A stretch of 64,000 nucleotides of DNA from an uncultured Arcobacteraceae bacterium (GTDB lineage: Bacteria > Campylobacterota > Campylobacteria > Campylobacterales > Arcobacteraceae): contig CAXHZO010000004.1 in NCBI GenBank assembly GCA_964022095.1, positions 71,593 to 135,592 of the forward strand, in the 5' to 3' direction. Below, in pieces: positions 1-9,631 of the stretch. How positions within the stretch are numbered: position 1 is the stretch's first letter; every line of letters starts with the position of its first letter. The position numbers and the translations under genes are program-made. The notes beneath the pieces are model-generated. The model was not told the origin of the DNA. It saw only the letters and a list, made by a program, of their open reading frames with translations, and made no database searches.

Positions 1-426
1 GATGCCTTAGATAATAATGATAAAGCAATTATTGGAGATTTGGTTTCTAAATATTTATTACTATATAAACAAGCAGGTGCGATTGTAACTAATGGATTAT
101 TAAGAGATGCCCCAAGATTAATAAAAGAAAATTGGGCAATTTGGTGTAAAGGTTTTAATCCAGTAGGGTATATAAATGAAAAAGTTGAATTAAATTCTGA
201 ACAAAAAAAATTAATTGAGAAAAAAAAATCTTTTTATCAAGATTGTATAGCAGTTTGTGATGATACAGGTGTTGTGTTGATCCCTAAAGAATTTCATAAT
301 AAAGAATTCCTTGAAAATATAAAATATATAGAAGAACAAGAAGATATCTGGTTTGACTGTATAGATAGACAAAAGCTTTCAACTTTTGAAACAGTATGTT
401 TAAAAAAATATGAGGATATAAATTGA
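1..426 (+). CDS. RraA/HMG-aldolase-like protein, 5'-truncated by the window edge
   Basis: Frame 1 is open from base 1 (DALDNNDKAIIGDLVSKY...). Motifs AIIGDL, GAIVTNGLLRD and IAVCDDTGVVLIP fit the RraA fold. Confidence 0.7.
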   Translation, partial: DALDNNDKAIIGDLVSKYLLLYKQAGAIVTNGLLRDAPRLIKENWAIWCKGFNPVGYINEKVELNSEQKKLIEKKKSFYQDCIAVCDDTGVVLIPKEFHNKEFLENIKYIEEQEDIWFDCIDRQKLSTFETVCLKKYEDIN

Positions 427-1553
427 TACATTTTAATAAACCACCTTATACTTCTTTAGAAAAAAAGTTTGTAAATGAAGCAATGCAAAATGTAACAATC
501 TCTGGAGATGGACCTTTTACTAATAAATGTGAAAAGTGGTTTGAAAAAGAATTACAATGTGAAAAAGCTCTTTTAACTCCTTCTTGTACTCATGCTTTAG
601 AAATGATGGCAATTTTAATTGATATAAAAGAAGGTGATGAGGTAATAATGCCTTCTTATACATTTGTATCTACTGCAAATGCTTTTGCAATAAGAGGAGC
701 AAAAATAGTTTTTGTTGATATTAAAGCAGATACATTAAATATTGATGAAGATAAAATTGAAGATGCAATTTCAGATAAAACAAAAGCAATTGTAGTTGTT
801 CATTATGCAGGAGTTTCTTGCAATATGGATAAAATAATGACTCTCTCAGATAAATATGATATTTTTGTTTTAGAGGATGCTGCACAAGGTGTAAAGAGTT
901 ATTATAAAGAGAAACCATTAGGAACCATTGGTCATTTTGGCGCATTTAGTTTCCATGAAACAAAAAATATAACTAGCGCTGGAGAGGGTGGTTTACTAAT
1001 TATAAATGATAAACGTTTTACACAAAGAGCTGAGATTATTCGTGAAAAAGGAACAAATAGAAAACTATTTTTTAGAGGTTTAGTTGATAAATATAGTTGG
1101 GTAGATTTAGGTAGTAGTTATTTATTAAATGATGTTAGTGCAGCATATCTATGGGCACAAATTCAAATGATAGATAATATTCAAGTAGATAGACTTAATA
1201 CTTGGAATAGATATGAAAAAGGCTTAAAACAATTATCATCAAAAGGTTTTATAACTTTACCGACTGTTCCTAGTGACTGCACAAATAATGCACATATGTT
1301 TTATATAAAAGTAAGAGATTTAGAAGAAAGAGAGTCTTTAATTAAATACTTAAAGCAAAATGATATTAATGCCGTATTTCATTACGTTCCACTTCACACA
1401 GCACCAGCAGGAAAGATTTTTGGTAAGTTTGAAGGAATTGATGAGTTTACAACAACTGAAAGTGAAAGATTAGTTCGGTTACCTTTATATTATGGTTTAG
1501 ACAAAGAAAAGGTAGAATATATAATACAGAAAATAAAGAGTTTTTATGAATAA
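423..1553 (+). CDS. rffA: dTDP-4-amino-4,6-dideoxygalactose transaminase (WecE/RffA, DegT/DnrJ family)
   Basis: Motifs SGDGPFT, LLTPSCTHALEM, EDAAQG, FSFHETKN (PLP Lys), EKGTNR, VFHYVPLH and LVRLPLY are typical of WecE. Confidence 0.9.
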   Translation: MIHFNKPPYTSLEKKFVNEAMQNVTISGDGPFTNKCEKWFEKELQCEKALLTPSCTHALEMMAILIDIKEGDEVIMPSYTFVSTANAFAIRGAKIVFVDIKADTLNIDEDKIEDAISDKTKAIVVVHYAGVSCNMDKIMTLSDKYDIFVLEDAAQGVKSYYKEKPLGTIGHFGAFSFHETKNITSAGEGGLLIINDKRFTQRAEIIREKGTNRKLFFRGLVDKYSWVDLGSSYLLNDVSAAYLWAQIQMIDNIQVDRLNTWNRYEKGLKQLSSKGFITLPTVPSDCTNNAHMFYIKVRDLEERESLIKYLKQNDINAVFHYVPLHTAPAGKIFGKFEGIDEFTTTESERLVRLPLYYGLDKEKVEYIIQKIKSFYE

Positions 1554-2253
1554 TACAGAATTAAACTCTCCTAGTAAGTATCATCACAATAGGCGACAGA
1601 TTAATTGGTTATTATATGATATTACTGATAAGTATTTAACAGAGTTTTCTAAGTATTATAAAGGAACGTTAGTAGATTTAGGTTGTGGAACAGCACCTTA
1701 TAAAGAGTTTTTCTTACAATATGCAAATTCATATATTGGGGTAGATTGGTCAGAAAGTATTCATGAGTTTAAAGGTGATGTTATTTCAAATTTAAATGAA
1801 AAAATCAATTTAGAGGATGATTTTGCAGATACAGTAGTATCTTTATCTGTTATGGAACATTTATATAACCCAGAAGTTTTTTTATCAGAAGCTTATAGAG
1901 TTTTAAAAAATGATGGAGTATTTGTTTTAGGTGTTCCTTGGATGTGGTGGATTCATGAAGCTCCTCATGATTATTATAGGTATACGTCTTTTGGATTAAA
2001 ACACTTATTACAAAAAGCTGGTTTTTCAGAAGTCGAAATTATTCCAACTTCAGGTTTTTTTACAACTATATTTATAAAAATGAACTATTTTAGTGTGAAT
2101 TTTTTAAAAGGTTCTAAATTTAAAGTTAATTTATTAAGAACATTATTTAGACCTTTTTGGTTTCTATCTCAAAAACTTGCGCCTTATTTAGATAAATATG
2201 ATAAAGATTGGAACAAAGAGTGTCAAAGTTATTTTGTTATTGCAAAAAAGTAA
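1546..2253 (+). CDS. Class I SAM-dependent methyltransferase
   Basis: Motif I LVDLGCG, plus VMEHL and HEAPHDYYRYT, common in glycan-locus methyltransferases. Confidence 0.85.
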   Translation: MNNTELNSPSKYHHNRRQINWLLYDITDKYLTEFSKYYKGTLVDLGCGTAPYKEFFLQYANSYIGVDWSESIHEFKGDVISNLNEKINLEDDFADTVVSLSVMEHLYNPEVFLSEAYRVLKNDGVFVLGVPWMWWIHEAPHDYYRYTSFGLKHLLQKAGFSEVEIIPTSGFFTTIFIKMNYFSVNFLKGSKFKVNLLRTLFRPFWFLSQKLAPYLDKYDKDWNKECQSYFVIAKK

Positions 2254-2262
2254 GGATTAAAA

Positions 2263-3324
2263 ATGATTTGGTTTGATTTAGTTACTCCTAAATCTGTTTT
2301 ATTTTTTATACCTATTATAAAAGAAATAGAAAACAGAGGTAAAAAGGTTTTAATAACTGCACGAGAAGGAAATGGCTATTCCGAAGTTGTGGAATTATTA
2401 AAGTTATATAATATAGATTTTGTTAATAGAGGAGAATTTGGAGGTGCTTGTTTAAAAGACAAGCTTTATGCTTCAATTGAGCGTCAAAAAGCCTTGATGG
2501 AGTTTGTTACTTTATATGAAATCGATAGATTAGTTTGTTTATGTTCTGTTGATGCAAATAGGGTTGCATTTGGTTTAGGCATTCCTGTAATAAACTTTTA
2601 CGATATTCCCTTATCTGATCATAAAACTAATTTTAAAAAAGCATTACCTCAAGCGCGATTAACTTTACCTCTTGCTAGTAAAGTATTTAAGCCGTTTGTT
2701 GTTCCTGATGAAATATTCTTAAGATTTTCATTGGATGAAGAGCAGATCTTTGAGTATAATTTTATTGATCCTTTAATTTGGTTAAAAGATTTTAAGCCGG
2801 ATTATTCTTATGTAGAAGAGATACTAAAACCTTATAATTTGGATCTTTCAAAGAAACTTATTGTAATTAGAGAAGAAGAGTATAAGTCTTCATATGTTGA
2901 TAAAAAGTATCCTATTCTTTATGAAGTTTTAGAAGAAATAAATAATAAAACTAATTCAAATATCATAATTATTCCACGATATGAAAGTGAATATTTAAAA
3001 CAAGAATTCCCTTTTACTACAGTATTAGAAGAGAAGGTAGTTATTCAACATTTATTAGCCTATGCCGATTTATTCATTGGTGGAGGTGGAACTTTAAATA
3101 CAGAAGCATGTTTCTTTAAAACACCTACGATTTCAACTAGAAGTTTTATTTGTCATTATGATAAATATCAAATTGATAATGAATTAATGTATTGGGTTGA
3201 TACAAAAGATGAATTATTAAAAAGAGTATATACTTTGCTTGAAAAAACAAAAAAACAAGAAAAGAGTGTATTTGATAACATGAGTATTGATTTATCCAAA
3301 ATAGTTGATAGCATTTTAAGTTAA
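2263..3324 (+). CDS. DUF354 family protein (GT-B-like)
   Basis: N-terminal IWFDLVTPK..FF..II, VLITAR and C-terminal ADLFIGGGGTLNTEA; SD AAGGA upstream. Confidence 0.75.
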   Translation: MIWFDLVTPKSVLFFIPIIKEIENRGKKVLITAREGNGYSEVVELLKLYNIDFVNRGEFGGACLKDKLYASIERQKALMEFVTLYEIDRLVCLCSVDANRVAFGLGIPVINFYDIPLSDHKTNFKKALPQARLTLPLASKVFKPFVVPDEIFLRFSLDEEQIFEYNFIDPLIWLKDFKPDYSYVEEILKPYNLDLSKKLIVIREEEYKSSYVDKKYPILYEVLEEINNKTNSNIIIIPRYESEYLKQEFPFTTVLEEKVVIQHLLAYADLFIGGGGTLNTEACFFKTPTISTRSFICHYDKYQIDNELMYWVDTKDELLKRVYTLLEKTKKQEKSVFDNMSIDLSKIVDSILS

Positions 3325-3333
3325 AGGTATTAT

Positions 3334-5388
3334 ATGACAGAAAATAATGAACAACAATTACAAGAAGCACTAGTAAAAAACTTTTTTTCTAACTTAGAGT
3401 TTTTAAAATCTAAGGATAATGAGTTATTTCAAAGAGTAGAAAATTTATCAAATGCAATAAATAGTGGACTCTATGAAGCACGATTTGAATTAGAGTTTTT
3501 ATCACAATATGGTGAGTTTGATATTTTAGATTTAACTACAAATAAATATTTATATAATAAAAACTTAAAAAAGTTTAACCATAAAGTAATTAATTCTGTT
3601 AAATTTGATAAAAGTTCTTCTTTTTCTATTTTAGTACCAGAAGTATATAGTTTAAATAAAGAATATGTGGATATTGATTTGGATTATGAAAGTTATGAAG
3701 AAATAGAGGGAATAATTTCAAATGATATTAAAGAATTCACAGATGTTTTAAAAGATGATACAACAAAAGAAAAAAGTTTTAAATATATTAATAAATTTGT
3801 TTTCTTAGGTACATTATTAGGCAGACATTTTTTTGAAATTAAGAAAAAGGTAAATGCTCAACATTATTTTATCTACGAATACAATTTAGAAATATTTAGA
3901 TTGTCATTATTTACAGTAAATTATCAAGAATTAGCACATGGATGTAATTTATCTTTTTCTATAATGGATAATGAAACTTTATTAATGAGAAAGATTCAAT
4001 TATTTTTAGAAAATAATATGTATGAAAACTATAATATTAAATTTGCTACTACAAACTACAATGTTTCACATGGTATGCACTCATTTATTTCTACTTTATA
4101 TAAAGTAAATCCAGCGATTTTTGACTATACTCGAATTCTACATAATTTAGTTAGACTTTCTACTCAAAGAGTTAGTGATGTAAAAATGTTAATGCCAAAT
4201 ATAGAAAGTAATTTTGATTCATTAAAAAATAAACCTTTCTTATTTGTAGCTCCTGGCCCATCTTTATCAAAAGAGATTGAGTGGATAAAAGAAAATCAAA
4301 AAAAATTTGTAATTGTTTCAATTGGGGCTTCATATAATAAATTATTAGAATATGAAATAACACCTGATTTATTGAGTAATGTTGAGTCAAGTTATAAAGA
4401 TTTAAAGAAGTTTCAATTTAAAGATTTAGATAAAAGTAGATTAGATAACACAGTAAAACTATTTTCAATAATCACTCCTCCTCAAATTAGTGATTTATTT
4501 GATGATAAAGATACTTTTTATTATGAAGTTAATTATTCTTTAAAAGATAAAAAAGATATTTATAAAGGTTATAGTGTCGGTGAAATCACTGTATCTTTAT
4601 TACTTGATTTGGGAATAAAAGATTTATATTTAATAGGAACAGATTTATCAGTTGATAAAGAGACTGGGAATAGTCATTTTGGATATAAAGATGGTGGAGA
4701 AATAAATCATGATTTAAATAAAGATTATGATATTACAGAAAACTTATCAAACAATAAGACATCTTTTAAAGAAGATCTAATACCTGTTGAAGGAAACTTT
4801 GAAAAAGAGGTTTATACTACTAGAATATTTATGAATTCTATATTTTCATATGCTCAATCAATCCAACAATTTAAAAAAGAGAATCAAACTATCAAAAACC
4901 TTTCTATTTTTGGAGCAAAGTTGCATGGAACAATTCCTTTTAAAACAAGTGATATTAATTTAGAAGAGTATAATACTCTTAATAAAAAAGATTTAAAAGA
5001 AGAAGTTCTTAAATATTTAAATTCTATATCAGAATCTAAACTTACGGAAAAAGAAGCTATTAATCTTAAAAAAGAGATTTCTTATTTTAAAGATATTTTA
5101 GAAGAAATAAGTAAATATCATGAGATAGAAGTAAAAAATTATTTTGAATTCTATGACATTATGACTGATGTTGAAAATAAAATAAAGCGTATAGGTTATC
5201 CCACTTTTTTAGATTTCCAAATGCAATCTTATTTCAAATTTATAAATACATATCTTTGTTATCATTTTAATGATAAAAAAGTTAAGAATGAAGTGAATAA
5301 ATTAACAAAAATAAAAGAGATATGGCTTAAACAAGTAGAAAAATTAATCAATGAATATATAGAATATTTTGAGAGAATTAAAATATAA
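3334..5388 (+). CDS. maf: Motility-associated factor (Maf) flagellin glycosyltransferase
   Basis: Maf core motifs FVFLGTLLGRH, VAPGPSLSKEI, YSVGE and LYLIGTDL; adjacent to the flagellins. Confidence 0.85.
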   Translation: MTENNEQQLQEALVKNFFSNLEFLKSKDNELFQRVENLSNAINSGLYEARFELEFLSQYGEFDILDLTTNKYLYNKNLKKFNHKVINSVKFDKSSSFSILVPEVYSLNKEYVDIDLDYESYEEIEGIISNDIKEFTDVLKDDTTKEKSFKYINKFVFLGTLLGRHFFEIKKKVNAQHYFIYEYNLEIFRLSLFTVNYQELAHGCNLSFSIMDNETLLMRKIQLFLENNMYENYNIKFATTNYNVSHGMHSFISTLYKVNPAIFDYTRILHNLVRLSTQRVSDVKMLMPNIESNFDSLKNKPFLFVAPGPSLSKEIEWIKENQKKFVIVSIGASYNKLLEYEITPDLLSNVESSYKDLKKFQFKDLDKSRLDNTVKLFSIITPPQISDLFDDKDTFYYEVNYSLKDKKDIYKGYSVGEITVSLLLDLGIKDLYLIGTDLSVDKETGNSHFGYKDGGEINHDLNKDYDITENLSNNKTSFKEDLIPVEGNFEKEVYTTRIFMNSIFSYAQSIQQFKKENQTIKNLSIFGAKLHGTIPFKTSDINLEEYNTLNKKDLKEEVLKYLNSISESKLTEKEAINLKKEISYFKDILEEISKYHEIEVKNYFEFYDIMTDVENKIKRIGYPTFLDFQMQSYFKFINTYLCYHFNDKKVKNEVNKLTKIKEIWLKQVEKLINEYIEYFERIKI

Positions 5389-5415
5389 GACTAAGTCTAA
5401 TTAACTTAGTCTTAT
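5385..5415. terminator. Hairpin between convergent maf and flagellin, probable bidirectional terminator
   Basis: ATAAGACTAAGT-7nt-ACTTAGTCTTAT, a perfect 12-bp stem. Confidence 0.65.
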
Positions 5416-5429
5416 GAAAAAATGATTGA

Positions 5430-6278
5430 TTATTGTAATAATCTTAAAACATTTTGTTGCGATGCATTTGCTTGAGAAATAGCATATGAACCAGCTTGTG
5501 AAATAATGTTTTGTTTGTTAAAGTTTGCACTTTCTTGTGCGTAATCAACATCTCTAATAATTGATTCAGCTGCTTTAACATTAGTAGCTTGAGTCATTAA
5601 GTTTCTAACTGCAGATTCAACTTGATTTTGAGTAGAACCTATCTCAGATCTATTACTATTTAGTGTTGTAATAGCAGTATCAACAGTTGTTTGTGCAGTT
5701 CCAGCTAGTGAAACAGAAATACCACCTGCATCAACAGATGTTCTAATTGATGTTAATCCTAATCCAGTAACATTTGATGTAATAGCAGCCGTACTGATTG
5801 TATCAGTTGATTTTTCACCAATTTGGAATGATAAAGCCGTTGAAGCAGCACTTGAAGTGGCATTTTCTTGTAAAAGGTATGTACCATTATAGTTTGTTTG
5901 TGCAGCAATATTATCTAATTGATCTAATAATTTAGAAACATCATCAGCAATAGCAGCTCTACCATCAGAAGATGTAGTAGAAGTATTAGCTTGAATTAAT
6001 TTCGCTTTGATTGTATCAAGAATATTTGATTGCTCAGCCATTGATTTATCAGCGATTTGTAATAATGCAACAGCAGAGTTACCATTATCAACACCTTGGT
6101 TGATAGAAGTAGCTTGAGTTCTAAGTTTATCAGCAATTGCTAAACCTGATGCATCATCTGATGCTTTATTGATTTTTAAACCAGAAGATAATTTTTCTAA
6201 AGACGAAGAAACATTCGCATTAGTGTTTATTGCAGATTCTTGTGCATTTAATGATGACACATTTGTATTGATTCTCAT
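5430..6278 (-). CDS. Flagellin (FlaA/FlaB/FliC family), copy 1
   Basis: MRINTNV, LSSGLKINKASDDASGLAIA, IRDVDYAQES and NVLRLLQ. Confidence 0.97.
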   Translation of the reverse strand: MRINTNVSSLNAQESAINTNANVSSSLEKLSSGLKINKASDDASGLAIADKLRTQATSINQGVDNGNSAVALLQIADKSMAEQSNILDTIKAKLIQANTSTTSSDGRAAIADDVSKLLDQLDNIAAQTNYNGTYLLQENATSSAASTALSFQIGEKSTDTISTAAITSNVTGLGLTSIRTSVDAGGISVSLAGTAQTTVDTAITTLNSNRSEIGSTQNQVESAVRNLMTQATNVKAAESIIRDVDYAQESANFNKQNIISQAGSYAISQANASQQNVLRLLQ

Positions 6279-6388
6279 AATAAATCCTTTTTAATTATGA
6301 CACATTGTAAATCTATATTTACACCCTAAAACCTTCTTGTTTTACCAAGCATAGAGTAGTTAACTCTTCGGAATTCATTAATCCCTAT
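6279..6388 (-). promoter_or_regulatory. Conserved, putatively structured 5' leader of flagellin copy 1
   Basis: Near-identical to 7298..7411; four hairpins and two ANGGA motifs on the minus strand. Confidence 0.55.
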
Positions 6389-6417
6389 AAAATAGTTTTG
6401 AGGATAATAAAAATCTT

Positions 6418-6448
6418 TTTTAAAGAAGTAAAAAAAACTTCTTTAAAA
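6418..6448 (-). terminator. Hairpin directly after the flagellin copy 2 stop
   Basis: TTTTAAAGAAGT-7nt-ACTTCTTTAAAA inverted repeat. Confidence 0.6.
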
Positions 6449-7297
6449 CTATTGTAATAATCTTAAAACATTTTGTTGCGTTGCATTTGCTTGAGAAATA
6501 GCATATGAACCAGCTTGTGAAATAATGTTTTGTTTGTTAAAGTTTGCACTTTCTTGTGCGTAATCAACATCTCTAATAATTGATTCAGCTGCTTTAACAT
6601 TAGTAGCTTGAGTCATTAAGTTTCTAACTGCAGATTCAACTTGATTTTGAGTAGAACCTATCTCAGATCTATTACTATTTAGTGTTGTAATAGCAGTATC
6701 AACAGTTGTTTGTGCAGTTCCAGCTAGTGAAACAGAAATACCACCTGCATCAACAGATGTTCTAATTGATGTTAATCCTAATCCAGTAACATTTGATGTA
6801 ATAGCAGCCGTACTGATTGTATCAGTTGATTTTTCACCAATTTGGAATGATAAAGCCGTTGAAGCAGCACTTGAAGTGGCATTTTCTTGTAAAAGGTATG
6901 TACCATTATAGTTTGTTTGTGCAGCAATATTATCTAATTGATCTAATAATTTAGAAACATCATCAGCAATAGCAGCTCTACCATCAGAAGATGTAGTAGA
7001 AGTATTAGCTTGAATTAATTTCGCTTTGATTGTATCAAGAATATTTGATTGCTCAGCCATTGATTTATCAGCGATTTGTAATAATGCAACAGCAGAGTTA
7101 CCATTATCAACACCTTGGTTGATAGAAGTAGCTTGAGTTCTAAGTTTATCAGCAATTGCTAAACCAGAAGCATCGTCTGACGCTTTATTAATTTTTAAAC
7201 CAGAAGATAATTTTTCTAAAGACGAAGTGATATTCGAATTAGTGTTTATTGCAGATTCTTGTGCATTTAATGATGACACATTTGTATTAATTCTCAT
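6449..7297 (-). CDS. Flagellin, copy 2
   Basis: Same motifs as copy 1; differs at only a few residues. Confidence 0.97.
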   Translation of the reverse strand: MRINTNVSSLNAQESAINTNSNITSSLEKLSSGLKINKASDDASGLAIADKLRTQATSINQGVDNGNSAVALLQIADKSMAEQSNILDTIKAKLIQANTSTTSSDGRAAIADDVSKLLDQLDNIAAQTNYNGTYLLQENATSSAASTALSFQIGEKSTDTISTAAITSNVTGLGLTSIRTSVDAGGISVSLAGTAQTTVDTAITTLNSNRSEIGSTQNQVESAVRNLMTQATNVKAAESIIRDVDYAQESANFNKQNIISQAGSYAISQANATQQNVLRLLQ

Positions 7298-7411
7298 AAT
7301 AAATCCTTTTTATTTATGACACATTGTAAATCTATATTTACACCCTAAAACCTTCTTGCATCTTAATACAAGCATAGAGTAGTTAACCCTTCGGAATTTA
7401 TTAATCCCTAT
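7298..7411 (-). promoter_or_regulatory. Conserved, putatively structured 5' leader of flagellin copy 2
   Basis: Near-identical to 6279..6388, with structure-compatible differences. Confidence 0.55.
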
Positions 7412-7471
7412 ATTTATAATAGAATTATTACACACCAATTCTTAAAATTAGATTAAAAATACTATATGCAT

Positions 7472-7509
7472 AAAAAAAAGTTAAGAATTTAATCTTAACT
7501 TTTTTTTTT
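7472..7509 (-). terminator. Intrinsic terminator after flagellin copy 3
   Basis: A8-GTTAAGA-6nt-TCTTAAC-T tract; U-tails on both strands. Confidence 0.75.
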
Positions 7510-7524
7510 ATATTTTAAAATTAT

Positions 7525-8373
7525 TTATTGAAGTAATCTAAGAACATTTTGTTGTACATTATTTGCTTGAGAAATAGCATATGAACCAGCTTGTGAAATA
7601 ATGTTTTGTTTGTTAAAGTTTGCACTTTCTTGTGCGTAATCAACATCTCTAATAATTGATTCAGCTGCTTTAACATTAGTAGCTTGAGTCATTAAGTTTC
7701 TAACTGCAGATTCAACTTGATTTTGAGTAGAACCTATCTCAGATCTATTACTATTTAGTGTTGTAATAGCAGTATCAACAGTTGTTTGTGCAGTTCCAGC
7801 TAGTGAAACAGAAATACCACCTGCATCAACAGATGTTCTAATTGATGTTAATCCTAATCCAGTAACATTTGATGTAATAGCAGCCGTACTGATTGTATCA
7901 GTTGATTTTTCACCAATTTGGAATGATAAAGCCGTTGAAGCAGCACTTGAAGTGGCATTTTCTTGTAAAAGGTATGTACCATTATAGTTTGTTTGTGCAG
8001 CAATATTATCTAATTGATCTAATAATTTAGAAACATCATCAGCAATAGCAGCTCTACCATCAGAAGATGTAGTAGAAGTATTAGCTTGAATTAATTTCGC
8101 TTTGATTGTATCAAGAATATTTGATTGCTCAGCCATTGATTTATCAGCAATTTGTAATAATGCAACAGCAGAGTTCCCATTATCAACACCTTGGTTAATT
8201 GAAGAAGCTTGAGTTCTAAGTTTATCAGCAATTGCTAAACCAGAAGCATCATCTGATGCTTTATTGATTTTTAAACCTGAAGATAACTTCTCTAATGAAT
8301 TTTGTAGATTCTTATTAGTATTTACATTTGCTTCTTGTGCAGACAAAGAAGATATATTTGTGTTAATTTTCAT
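7525..8373 (-). CDS. Flagellin, copy 3 (divergent N-terminus)
   Basis: MKINTNISSL start; core identical to copies 1 and 2. Confidence 0.97.
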   Translation of the reverse strand: MKINTNISSLSAQEANVNTNKNLQNSLEKLSSGLKINKASDDASGLAIADKLRTQASSINQGVDNGNSAVALLQIADKSMAEQSNILDTIKAKLIQANTSTTSSDGRAAIADDVSKLLDQLDNIAAQTNYNGTYLLQENATSSAASTALSFQIGEKSTDTISTAAITSNVTGLGLTSIRTSVDAGGISVSLAGTAQTTVDTAITTLNSNRSEIGSTQNQVESAVRNLMTQATNVKAAESIIRDVDYAQESANFNKQNIISQAGSYAISQANNVQQNVLRLLQ

Positions 8374-8454
8374 GATTTACCTTTTCATGTTTTATTTATG
8401 TATTTATTTTATCTAAAAATTATTAGATATTTCTTAAATTTTTCTTAATAATAA

Positions 8455-9576
8455 TTATTTTATTGATAAAATAACACCTGATTCTATATGTTTAGTATAT
8501 GCGAACTGGTCAAATAGTGCAAAGCTATCGATTTTATGAGTTTTTGTTAACTCTAATAAATCTCTATGTAGCGTTTCTGGATTACATGAAACATAAATTA
8601 TCTTTTTAAAATCTTTTGCTAAACTTCTTGTAGTGTCATCTAGCCCAGCACGTGGTGGGTCCATAAATATCATATCAAAATTATAGCTTTTTAAATCAAT
8701 ATCTTTTAGTCTTTTAAATTCTCTTTTTTGCGCCAATGCTTCACTAAATTCTTCTGCGCTCATTCTAATAAAATCTATACTATCATTTGAGTTTAGTTCA
8801 CAGTTTCTTTTTGCAGATTTAATTGATGTTTTTGAAATTTCTGTTGCTAAAACTTTATTGAATTTTGTACTTAAAGGAATCGTAAAGTTACCTCCACCAC
8901 AATAAAGCTCACATAGGTCATCTTCACTTTTTTCAATATTGTTTAAAACCCATTCAATCATTTGTATATTTACATTTGTATTTGGTTGAGTGAAACCACC
9001 TTCTTCATATGCAAATTTATACTTAGTATTGCAAATTTCTAACTCTTCATTGATAAAGTCTTCACTTAAAACAAGTTTTTGCTTTCTACTTCTACCAATA
9101 ATTTTTATATTTAATAGTTTTTCAAGCTTTTTTGCTTTTTCTTCCCAATTAGATTCTAGTTTTTTATGATAAATCAATGTTACTAATAAATCATTTGTAG
9201 TTGAACCTAAAAATTCTACAGAAAATATTTTATATTTTAGAATATCATCTTTTGAAATTGCTTCTAATAATTTTGGCATAACTTGTGAAATATGAGAACT
9301 TACAATTTGGCAAGACTCTATTTCTAATGCATTTTTATCAAAATCATTCATTGCATATGAAATTGTAGGGTTCTGCTCATCATCAAAGTTTTTCCAGATT
9401 CTAAATTCTGCTCTATTTCTAAAGTTAGAATCAGCACTTTTTATAACATCAAAATTAATATTAGTTAGATCAGAAAATCTTTCTTTTTCTCTTTGTAATT
9501 TAAAATCAAGTTGTTCTTCATATGACTTATCAAAAAGTACACATGAACCACATTTCCCAAAATATTCACAATTCAT
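8455..9576 (-). CDS. trmA: tRNA (uracil-54-C5)-methyltransferase TrmA
   Basis: FRNRAEFRIW, FTQPN, ELYCGGGNF, DPPRAG, YVSCNPETL and DQFAYTKHIESG. ATG at 9576 lies 6 nt after SD GAGGA. Confidence 0.92.
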   Translation of the reverse strand: MNCEYFGKCGSCVLFDKSYEEQLDFKLQREKERFSDLTNINFDVIKSADSNFRNRAEFRIWKNFDDEQNPTISYAMNDFDKNALEIESCQIVSSHISQVMPKLLEAISKDDILKYKIFSVEFLGSTTNDLLVTLIYHKKLESNWEEKAKKLEKLLNIKIIGRSRKQKLVLSEDFINEELEICNTKYKFAYEEGGFTQPNTNVNIQMIEWVLNNIEKSEDDLCELYCGGGNFTIPLSTKFNKVLATEISKTSIKSAKRNCELNSNDSIDFIRMSAEEFSEALAQKREFKRLKDIDLKSYNFDMIFMDPPRAGLDDTTRSLAKDFKKIIYVSCNPETLHRDLLELTKTHKIDSFALFDQFAYTKHIESGVILSIK

Positions 9577-9619
9577 CAATAATCCTCTTTTATTTAATAC
9601 GATATTATATTCAATTAAC

Positions 9620-9625
9620 TATAAT
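9620..9625 (+). promoter_or_regulatory. sigma70 -10 box, predicting a start site at the ATG of the helicase gene
   Basis: TATAAT ends 6 nt before ATG 9632 and no SD is present. Confidence 0.5.
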
Positions 9626-9631
9626 ACGCTT

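Noticed and set aside
203-228. A8/A9 tracts in the glycosylation locus as phase-variation sites
   Set aside because: Poly-A runs of this length are common throughout this AT-rich window and encode Lys; no poly-G/C tracts of the Campylobacter contingency type were seen.
6279-6388. Known riboswitch (c-di-GMP-I/II) or sigma28/sigma54 promoter upstream of the flagellins
   Set aside because: I could not find the GEMM core, a GCCGATAA box or a GG-N10-GC element; the leader is reported as an unassigned element instead.
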